Shown here: piece after piece, positions 26,609 to 33,553 of the stretch | How the letters are laid out: the number at the start of each line of letters is the position of its first letter | Position numbering within the stretch: the first letter of the stretch is position 1 | Origin: a bacterium | GTDB taxonomy: Bacteria; Zhuqueibacterota; Zhuqueibacteria; Zhuqueibacterales; Zhuqueibacteraceae | Direction of reading: 5' to 3' | Length of the DNA stretch: 33,553 nt | Assembly: GCA_044869275.1 (NCBI GenBank) | Contig: JBIOXB010000200.1 | Location: 1-33,553 of the forward strand | The notes under the pieces: generated by a model | What the model saw: only the letters and a program-made list of their open reading frames with translations | Told to the model about the DNA's origin: nothing | The model's database searches: none | Program-made: the position numbers and the translations under genes

Positions 26609-28390
26609 TCATTCTTGACGATCTATTGGCAGATAAACTGAGAAACGGCTGCCACGCCCCATCATGCTTTTGACACGAATCGTGCCACCATGTTTTTCAA
26701 CAATTTGCAAAGCAATGGCCAGACCGATACCCGTGCCGTCTTTCTTGGTTGAAAAATAAAAATCAAAAATTTTGGGTAATTCTTCCGGTCGAATGCCTTT
26801 GCCGGTATCGGTAAAAGATATGACGGCGTATTCGCGCTCGCGTTCATTGTTCTTGCGCCGATAGGTATCCAACCTGACGGTCAAGCGCCCGCCTCCGGGC
26901 ATGGACTGCACGGCGTTCAAGAAAATGTTCAAGAAAACTTGATAAATTTTGTTGGCGTCCACGTTCAACCGGAGATGAGGCGCCCGATAGCGCCGCATCA
27001 CGCGGATGCCTTGCGGCAGCACTTCTGGAATCTCCACCTTGATGAGGTTGTCGAGCAGTGCGCTGATTTCGTGGGGAGATTTTTCCAGCTTGGGCGGCCG
27101 TGCCAGCAGCAAAAAATTGCTCACCAGATCGTCCACGCGGCGAATTTCGGAGGAGAGAATATCGTAAAAGTGCTCCCATTTGTCCGTGTCGAATTCCGGC
27201 TTGCGAAATTCGCGGCGCATGAGCTGCATGTTGATCACCATCGAATTGAGCGGATTGCGAATCTCATGCGACAGCACGGAAGCCATTTTGTTCAACATCT
27301 CCAACCGTTCGGAGCGCTTCAATCGCGCCTGGCTCTTCAGCAGCTTCGCTGCCATGGCGTTGAAATGCAGCGCCACCGCGCTCAACTCGTCCCGCCCGCG
27401 TCGCAGGATGCGGTGGCTCAAATCACCTTGCGAGATTTGCTCGATACCGTGGATCAATTGGTTCACCGGCTTGACGATTTGGCGCGTATAGACCGTCGCA
27501 ATCACGGCCGCGCCGATGATGCTGCCGATCATCAACAAAAAGATCTGCCAGCGCAATAGCCGCGCAGAAGCAAATGCCTCGCTCGCCGGTTGCTGAATCA
27601 CCGTGCCCCAGTTTTCTTCGGGAATGGCGGCGTAGGCCGCGATCATCTCCACCCCCTCCTGATTGACGTAGATTTTGTGCCCGCTCCGGCCGTTCCTCAC
27701 ATCGAGGACGATATCCTTTTCCTGAAAGCGCTGGCGCTCCAGCACTTTCTTGCGATCGGAGTGCGCCAGATACTGGCCATCTGCCCGGAAGATGAAGGCC
27801 TCACCCACTTTGCCCACGACGCTGCTGTCCACCAGCGCCCAAATCGTCTTCAAATCGATTTCCGCCCACAATGCGCCCTCGACCTCATTCAATACGAAAA
27901 TCGGCTCGGCAATGTCCATCAACGGCAGTTTTTCGTCCGAAATATAAACCTCCGAGGTGTAACTTTGCCGGCGCAGGATATGATCGAGCGCTTCGCGGTT
28001 GGAACGTGCCTCCGCCAGTACACCGTACGCCGTCGAGCTGGTGGCGGCCCCGGTGGTATCGAGAATTGAAATCTCCTTCAGGCTTGGAAACTGATTGACA
28101 ATGTTGTTGATCGTCACTTCCTGGCTCAAGCGGTCGCCGCGAAAGAAGGTCGGGTTCATGGCGCCCAGGCGCAACAAATCACGCGCGCGGCCGATGGTGG
28201 ATTGAATCAGCCACGAGGAGCGGCGCGCCAATTCCAGATTTCTCGCCAGGATCGTTTGTTCAATGGCATTTTGCGCCGCATTCACCAGGAAAAACCCCGA
28301 GATCAGCAACGGCACGGAAACCAGCACCAGGTGCGAGACCAACAACCGGGTAAACATGCGATGAATGACGGGAACGCGGGGAATTAACAT
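26609..28390 (-). CDS. Sensor histidine kinase (TM-dCache-TM-HAMP-HisKA-HATPase)
   Basis: Two TM helices, Cache-like periplasmic region, HAMP (P...L...DEL...FN.M), SHEIRNPL, N box, DTGKG, GTGIGL. Confidence 0.93.
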   Translation of the reverse strand: MLIPRVPVIHRMFTRLLVSHLVLVSVPLLISGFFLVNAAQNAIEQTILARNLELARRSSWLIQSTIGRARDLLRLGAMNPTFFRGDRLSQEVTINNIVNQFPSLKEISILDTTGAATSSTAYGVLAEARSNREALDHILRRQSYTSEVYISDEKLPLMDIAEPIFVLNEVEGALWAEIDLKTIWALVDSSVVGKVGEAFIFRADGQYLAHSDRKKVLERQRFQEKDIVLDVRNGRSGHKIYVNQEGVEMIAAYAAIPEENWGTVIQQPASEAFASARLLRWQIFLLMIGSIIGAAVIATVYTRQIVKPVNQLIHGIEQISQGDLSHRILRRGRDELSAVALHFNAMAAKLLKSQARLKRSERLEMLNKMASVLSHEIRNPLNSMVINMQLMRREFRKPEFDTDKWEHFYDILSSEIRRVDDLVSNFLLLARPPKLEKSPHEISALLDNLIKVEIPEVLPQGIRVMRRYRAPHLRLNVDANKIYQVFLNIFLNAVQSMPGGGRLTVRLDTYRRKNNEREREYAVISFTDTGKGIRPEELPKIFDFYFSTKKDGTGIGLAIALQIVEKHGGTIRVKSMMGRGSRFSVYLPIDRQE

Positions 28391-28448
28391 TACTTCAGCT
28401 CATGCAAGCACAGCACCCAAACAGCCATTCTTCTGCTGCAAATGCCAC

Positions 28449-29753
28449 TCACGGCCGGCGGCGAATGACCCATTCTTCAAAGGGCCGGGGCAAACCGTCG
28501 CCGATGAAATTCGTGAATTTCGCGGCATTCATGACGTGAAACGTCAGCCAGGGATGGAACAAAAACGTCGCCGCCTGATCTTCATTCAGCAATAATTGCA
28601 GATTCATGATCTGCATGCGCATTTCTTCCGCGTCTTTGAAAGTGCGGCTGAATCTGACGATGTGATGGTAGCGCGGATTGATGTAACTGAACGTGCCCCG
28701 GCCGGCGCCGGCGCCGAAAAAGCCGACGAGATCGTCGAGCCCTTCATTGAACTGGTGGCGCATGAGCACGGCGTCGAACTGGCCGCGCTGCAAGGAATCG
28801 CTCATGGCCGAGGCTTTCAACGGCACCGGCACCACGTCGATGCCGATTTGGTTCCAATCGATCTTGATTTGGCGCACGAGCTGCTCGCTCAAGCGCAAGC
28901 CTTCCGGAAAAAAGAGCCGGAAACGCAAAGGCTGGCCGTTGCGCAACCGCACGCGATCACGATCGCTCTCGCGCCAGCCCGCGCCCTCCAGCAAGGTGAT
29001 CGCGGCTCTGGGGTTGTAACCGAATTCGCGCATACCGGAGGCGGCGAAACGGCTGGATTTTTCATACGGTCCGCGCGCCAGGTCGGCCTTGTCGAGCAAA
29101 AACTGCTTTTTCATTTTTTCCTTATTGAGCGCGTGCGAGAGCGCCTGCCGTAACGCCCTTTCGCGCAAAAACGGATGCGCAAAATTATAACAAATCAACT
29201 CCACGGTATTTGGCGGCGGGCCGGCCGGCAGAATGCGATAATTCCTCTTGGCCTTTTCGATTTCGAGCGCGGAAGCTTCATTATCGAGCTCGGTATAATC
29301 CACTTCTTCCAAGAGAATCGCACTGATCAAACTGCGTTCGGTCGCATAGAAACGAATTTCCACTCCGATGGGCAGATCTTCCGCCGCCGCCGCGTGCGGC
29401 AGCCGTGAAGCCAGGATCAGTTTAGTGAAAATCAGCCGTACGCGCTCTTCGTTCTGCTCGAGAATCTCGAACGGCGCCGCGGCATTGCCATCATTCAAAT
29501 TCACGATACCGGCCGAAGTTTGAATGGTCAAGGAGCGGTAATCTTCTGCGCCGGACAATTTGCCGGCGATGACGTAATGGCTTTCGTAGGTGCTGGAAAT
29601 TTGCGCGGCAAGGGATTGGGGGTCGATCAAATGGAGGAGGGTAAGGGCAAATGTCATGCTCGCTTTGCGAAGAACCCGAGCCGTGGTTTTCCGGGCCTTC
29701 GCCAAGTCCCGCAGCGTTTTTGGAATTATGTTCGACTGCTGATTAAAAATCAT
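28449..29753 (-). CDS. ABC-type solute-binding protein family 5-like, N-terminally truncated or divergent
   Basis: YNF.HPFL....LRQALSHALNK, YNP..A..LLE.AGW, I..DW.QIGI. Start uncertain (29753 or about 29657). Confidence 0.72.
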   Translation of the reverse strand: MIFNQQSNIIPKTLRDLAKARKTTARVLRKASMTFALTLLHLIDPQSLAAQISSTYESHYVIAGKLSGAEDYRSLTIQTSAGIVNLNDGNAAAPFEILEQNEERVRLIFTKLILASRLPHAAAAEDLPIGVEIRFYATERSLISAILLEEVDYTELDNEASALEIEKAKRNYRILPAGPPPNTVELICYNFAHPFLRERALRQALSHALNKEKMKKQFLLDKADLARGPYEKSSRFAASGMREFGYNPRAAITLLEGAGWRESDRDRVRLRNGQPLRFRLFFPEGLRLSEQLVRQIKIDWNQIGIDVVPVPLKASAMSDSLQRGQFDAVLMRHQFNEGLDDLVGFFGAGAGRGTFSYINPRYHHIVRFSRTFKDAEEMRMQIMNLQLLLNEDQAATFLFHPWLTFHVMNAAKFTNFIGDGLPRPFEEWVIRRRP

Positions 29754-29776
29754 TCCAACTCGCAAGCGAGTGCAGC

Positions 29777-30820
29777 TCAATTTCGAAATACTTTGCGAAA
29801 AACCGCAAGGGCATGATCCACACCCGCCCTAGAAACGTCGAGATGCGTCACGGCGCGCAGCACTCGCGGCCCGAAGGGAACAACCAGCACGCCTTCCGCC
29901 TGCAATGCAGCGACTGCGGCGGCAGCGTCAAGCCGTGAGCGGGCGATATCCATGATCACGATATTGGTCTGCACACTCTCCAGGTCGATTTGCACGCCCG
30001 GCAGAGTGGCGAGAGACTCCGCCAGCATCCGGGCATGGCGATGATCTTCGTGCAAACGTTCGCGCTGATGCTCCAACGCATACCAAGCGGCCGCAGCCAA
30101 AATTCCGGCCTGGCGCATGCCGCCGCCGAACATTTTGCGCATGCGTCGCGCCTTTGCAATGAGCGTTCTGCTACCCGCGATGGCCGAGCCCACAGGTGCG
30201 CCCAACCCTTTCGAGAAGCAGACGGAAACCGAATCAAAAGCGGCGGCGTATTCCTGCGGCGCAATGCCGCGGGCGGCGCAGGCATTCCACAGGCGCGCGC
30301 CGTCGAGATGCATTTTGAGTTGATGTTCCTGCGCCACTGCCGCAATCGCCTGAATTTCCGGCAAGGGGAAAATCGTGCCACCGGCGGCGTTGTGCGTGTT
30401 TTCCAGCGCGATGACTTTTGTGACCGGCATGTAGTACGCCGGTGGTCGAATCATCGCTTGAATTTGCTTTGCGGTAATCACGCCGCGCTCGCCCACTATG
30501 ATCCGCGCCTGAATGCCGCTGAGCGCCGCGATTCCACCGTTCTCATAATGCAGAAAATGTGCCCCGGCTTCGCATATCACCTCGTCACCCGGCTCCGTAT
30601 GGCAGCGCAAGCAAATTTGATTGCCCATGGTCCCACTGGCGACGAACAAAGCTGCTTCCTTCCCGAGCAGCGCGGCCACTTTTTCCTGCAAGAGATTGAC
30701 CGTCGGATCTTCCCCAAAGACATCGTCACCGACTTCCGCGGCAGCCATGGCTTGGCGCATGGCCGGCGAGGGCTTGGTGACGGTGTCGCTGCGCAGATCG
30801 ACAAATTCCAGGGTAGGCAT
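29777..30820 (-). CDS. ltaE: Low-specificity L-threonine aldolase
   Basis: [55 protein letters not shown]. Confidence 0.95.
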   Translation of the reverse strand: MPTLEFVDLRSDTVTKPSPAMRQAMAAAEVGDDVFGEDPTVNLLQEKVAALLGKEAALFVASGTMGNQICLRCHTEPGDEVICEAGAHFLHYENGGIAALSGIQARIIVGERGVITAKQIQAMIRPPAYYMPVTKVIALENTHNAAGGTIFPLPEIQAIAAVAQEHQLKMHLDGARLWNACAARGIAPQEYAAAFDSVSVCFSKGLGAPVGSAIAGSRTLIAKARRMRKMFGGGMRQAGILAAAAWYALEHQRERLHEDHRHARMLAESLATLPGVQIDLESVQTNIVIMDIARSRLDAAAAVAALQAEGVLVVPFGPRVLRAVTHLDVSRAGVDHALAVFRKVFRN

Positions 30821-31105
30821 TCCAACATCGCTCACAATTTGGCACAAAAAACGTCATTTAGTTTATCGTTTTTCGGACTGACTTGCAAGCAAAATCTCCT
30901 GAGCAACTGCTTGCTTCTGCGGAATAAACCTGTATCTTATAAGAGGAGGTCTTGGCGCAGAAACCCCTGCGCGCAGAGAGTGAAATTACAGGAAGATGCA
31001 TCCAGGAAATGACTTGTGACGCATGGTCACCGTGCTCAATTGTGACCAGATTCTGTCAGACTGGCAAGAAAACATTGTTGAAAAAAGAAGCGGAGGCCGC
31101 AGCTC

Positions 31106-31963
31106 GTGCAACTTTCCACACTAATGCGTTTCGTCAAAATCGAACACACGCTGTTTTCACTTCCCCTCATTTTTGCGGGCGCGTTTCTCGCGTCTGAACA
31201 CAGGCCCATTGCGGGCGCCCCACTTTCGTGGCGGCTGGCGGGCTTGATGTTGCTCGCCGCCACCGGCGCGCGCACCGTGGCGCTGGCCTTGAATCGCATC
31301 ATCGATCGCGAAATCGACAAGCGCAACGCGCGCACCGCCATGCGGGAATTGCCCGCCGGGAACATGAAATTGTCTGAAGCCTTTCTGATCCTGGCCCTCG
31401 GGCTCGTGCTTTACTTTGGTTGCGCGGAAATGATTGGCCGTTTCTGCTTGCTGTGGTCACCGTTGCCGCTCGCCATTTTCGTGTTCTACCCCTACATGAA
31501 AAGATTCACCCCGCTGGCGCATTTTGGCGTGGGCCTGGGATTGGCGATGGCACCACTCGCCGGTTGGGTGGCGGTAACGCAATCCCTCGAAAATATTTTG
31601 CCGGGTTTCGTGCTGGGTTTTTTCACCATGCTGTGGGTGGCCGGCTTCGACATCATTTATGCGACGCTCGATGAAGAGTTTGATCGCCGCGCCCATCTTC
31701 ACTCCCTGCCCGCCGTGCTCGGCAAGCAAAAAGCACTGCGCATTTCCGGTTACTTGCACGCCGCCGCATTTCTCGTTTTGATTCTGATCTTTGCGCTGTA
31801 CGTGCGCTCGCCGTGGGCCCTGCCGTTTCTGGCCGGCGCCGGTTACCTGCTTTATCTGGAACATGCCAAAGCCAACGACGTAGAGCTGGCATTTTTTAAA
31901 ATAAACGCCGCACTCGGATTTGTCGTTTTCGCGATGGTGGCCGTGGGGGTGAGCTTGCGATGA
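31106..31963 (+). CDS. UbiA-family prenyltransferase (MqnP-like, futalosine menaquinone route)
   Basis: KIEHTLFSLP, NRIIDREIDKRNART..RELP.G, YPYMKRF, FDIIYA..D.EFD. GTG start after GGAGG. Confidence 0.9.
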   Translation: MQLSTLMRFVKIEHTLFSLPLIFAGAFLASEHRPIAGAPLSWRLAGLMLLAATGARTVALALNRIIDREIDKRNARTAMRELPAGNMKLSEAFLILALGLVLYFGCAEMIGRFCLLWSPLPLAIFVFYPYMKRFTPLAHFGVGLGLAMAPLAGWVAVTQSLENILPGFVLGFFTMLWVAGFDIIYATLDEEFDRRAHLHSLPAVLGKQKALRISGYLHAAAFLVLILIFALYVRSPWALPFLAGAGYLLYLEHAKANDVELAFFKINAALGFVVFAMVAVGVSLR

Positions 31964-32511
31964 GAATTGCGATCGGCGTCACCGGCTCGTCCGGTGCGGT
32001 GTACGCGGTGGAATTCATCAAGCAATGCCCGGGCGATAAATTTCTGGTGACGAGCAAATGGGGCAAAGTGGTTCTGCAGGATGAGATGGGAATGGAGGAA
32101 CGCGATCTGCAGCCCCATGTCAAGAAAATCTTTTCGAACGACGATTTGCATGCGCCCCTGGCCAGCGGCAGCAATCACCTCGATGCTTTCGTCATCATCC
32201 CCTGCACGGTTTCCACGTTGGGAAAAATCGCTTCGGGCCTCGGCGATACCTTGATCACGCGCGCGGCGCAGGTGGCGCTGAAGGAGAGATTCAAAATGGT
32301 GCTGTGCATTCGTGAAACGCCGCTCTCTTCGCTGGCGCTCGAACAATGCTTGCAGCTCTCGCGTGACGGCGTCATCATCATGCCGATTTCACCGCCGTTA
32401 TATTTTCTGCCCAAAACAGTGGAGGAATACGTGCAATCATTTGTTGACAAAGTATTGGGCACGATCGGGGTGCGCTCGGGCCGCGGCTGGCGCGCGGAAG
32501 AATTGGAATAG
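31960..32511 (+). CDS. ubiX: Flavin prenyltransferase UbiX
   Basis: GVTGSSG, ASGS, PCT..TL, LITRAA.V.LKE, RETP, P..Y..P. ATGA overlap with the ubiA-like gene. Confidence 0.93.
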   Translation: MRIAIGVTGSSGAVYAVEFIKQCPGDKFLVTSKWGKVVLQDEMGMEERDLQPHVKKIFSNDDLHAPLASGSNHLDAFVIIPCTVSTLGKIASGLGDTLITRAAQVALKERFKMVLCIRETPLSSLALEQCLQLSRDGVIIMPISPPLYFLPKTVEEYVQSFVDKVLGTIGVRSGRGWRAEELE

Positions 32512-32585
32512 TGGAGGAAAATAAACTGGCAGGAGCATTATTGACGCTTGAATAAATAAAGCAGCTTCGAAAAACCCGCCCGGTT

Positions 32586-33464
32586 TCATTGCTCGAGAAC
32601 CTCTTTCATCAGCCCCGCCAATTCTTCAATCTTTAATTCCGAGCTGTTGAAAACCTCTTGACCCGCTCCCCAAACACATGCCGGCACGAGATTGCTCGTA
32701 TGCGTCTTCGTGCCTAGATCTTCGAAATTGCCGTGATCGCTGGTGAGGAGCACGGTGGTTTCATTCAAATCAAGCTGCGACAACACTTCTTGCAAAAGAG
32801 TATCGAGCCGTTGCACCACAGCTTGCGCAGCTTGCATGTCTCGGCTATGGCCGACCGTATCCGTCAAAATGAATTCGAACAACGTAAAATCGAATTGGCC
32901 GGCGATTTCCGCGAGAATGCGCGCGCTTTCCTCGGCATCTCGTACCGGAACGTCCACGCCCATGTGGCGAAGAAATTCATTGGTGAGGTCATGTGATACC
33001 GCGCGGCCGGCGCGCAAATCTTCCATGCTCAGCCATGGAAAGCCACCGGCAAGCAGGGCACGCGTCGTCGCCGAAATCCGTTCTCCACGATGGCTAAAAT
33101 ATTCCGGAGAAAGAGCGTTTGCGAACACGCCTTTCTTATCGAGCGCGCGCACCGTTTTAAAAATACTCGATTCATCAATGATCTTGCGCAGCGTGGGCGT
33201 CGGCCATCCGGACATGTGATGGCCCAATTCCTTTGCCGCATTGCGCCCGGTGAACAAGGCGGCTTGCCCGGTCGCGCTTTGCGGCAAACCCGGCATGTCC
33301 ATGTCCGCGCGCGTGGGAATGATCATCCCGCCGAAAGGCAAGTGCGGCACGGGCGCATCCGAGAAGATGGAAAGAAAACGAGAGGGGTACCGCGCCAGCG
33401 GATTGGTTGCCGGATCGTTTTTGCCGAGGCCGAGGCCGTCGATGAACAGCAGTAGAAGGCGCAT
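32586..33464 (-). CDS. Metalloenzyme of the alkaline-phosphatase / phosphoglycerate-mutase superfamily
   Basis: FIDGLG, PQSATGQ, TD.VGH, TSDHGN.ED and THT metal-binding motifs. Confidence 0.85.
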   Translation of the reverse strand: MRLLLLFIDGLGLGKNDPATNPLARYPSRFLSIFSDAPVPHLPFGGMIIPTRADMDMPGLPQSATGQAALFTGRNAAKELGHHMSGWPTPTLRKIIDESSIFKTVRALDKKGVFANALSPEYFSHRGERISATTRALLAGGFPWLSMEDLRAGRAVSHDLTNEFLRHMGVDVPVRDAEESARILAEIAGQFDFTLFEFILTDTVGHSRDMQAAQAVVQRLDTLLQEVLSQLDLNETTVLLTSDHGNFEDLGTKTHTSNLVPACVWGAGQEVFNSSELKIEELAGLMKEVLEQ

Positions 33465-33518
33465 AATGCAAACAAATCCAGGTCAAACTACAACATATAG
33501 CAGTGTAAAGATCTACCT

Positions 33519-33553
33519 CGGATTTTCATCCCGAAGCGTCGGGATGAAAACCG
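33519..33553. repeat. REP-like palindrome (may continue beyond the window)
   Basis: TTTTCATCCCGA-agcg-TCGGGATGAAAA, a perfect 12-bp stem sharing a 20-mer with 15907-15926. Confidence 0.65.

Noticed and set aside
30952..31197. 81-aa ORF after AGAGGAGGT
   Set aside because: TTG start is only 1 nt from the SD, it overlaps the ubiA-like gene by ~90 nt, and it has no recognisable features.
55..33486. Many long opposite-strand ORFs (e.g. 1887..2981, 4041..5477, 7276..8361, 19940..21013, 25004..25891, 29990..31012)
   Set aside because: Antisense shadows of well-supported genes in GC-rich DNA, with no recognisable motifs.
1..33553. CRISPR arrays, tRNA/rRNA genes, transposases or prophage
   Set aside because: No spaced direct repeats, cloverleaf or rRNA-like sequence, or transposase/phage structural ORFs were seen by eye.

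Overview
Bacterial chromosomal window, GC-rich coding DNA with AT-rich intergenic stretches, mostly minus-strand genes. The gene content (DUF5777-like barrel, short RpoD-type sigma, MqnP-like prenyltransferase) suggests an FCB-group or KSB1-like diderm; this is inference. About 2.5-25 kb forms a large uncharacterised biosynthetic/redox region in four parts. (i) A tightly coupled 8-gene operon (13356->2508) encodes six radical SAM enzymes (three cobalamin-dependent, two SPASM/twitch, one RlmN/Cfr-like class A enzyme that appears to lack the RNA-binding N-terminus), a GT4 glycosyltransferase and a GT4-HemK-like methyltransferase fusion. (ii) A four-gene cytochrome c cassette (17330->13561) carries four copies of a non-canonical CX4CH heme domain, one fused to an outer-membrane beta-barrel. 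(iii) An operon encodes a methyltransferase, a flavoenzyme, a type III PKS and a GT4-nucleotidyltransferase fusion (22718->17495). (iv) A divergent GT-C membrane glycosyltransferase follows. Flanking genes: Tat-exported PLP enzyme, GH19 lysozyme-like protein, sigma-70 factor, rpsU, orphan histidine kinase with truncated solute-binding protein, ltaE, ubiA/mqnP-ubiX and a metalloenzyme. Non-coding features: a 149-bp MITE-like element with 17-bp inverted repeats and a nested REP-like hairpin, a sigma54-like promoter before the sigma-70 gene, and a ~320-nt leader before rpsU. All protein calls come from motif recognition by eye; no database searches were run.
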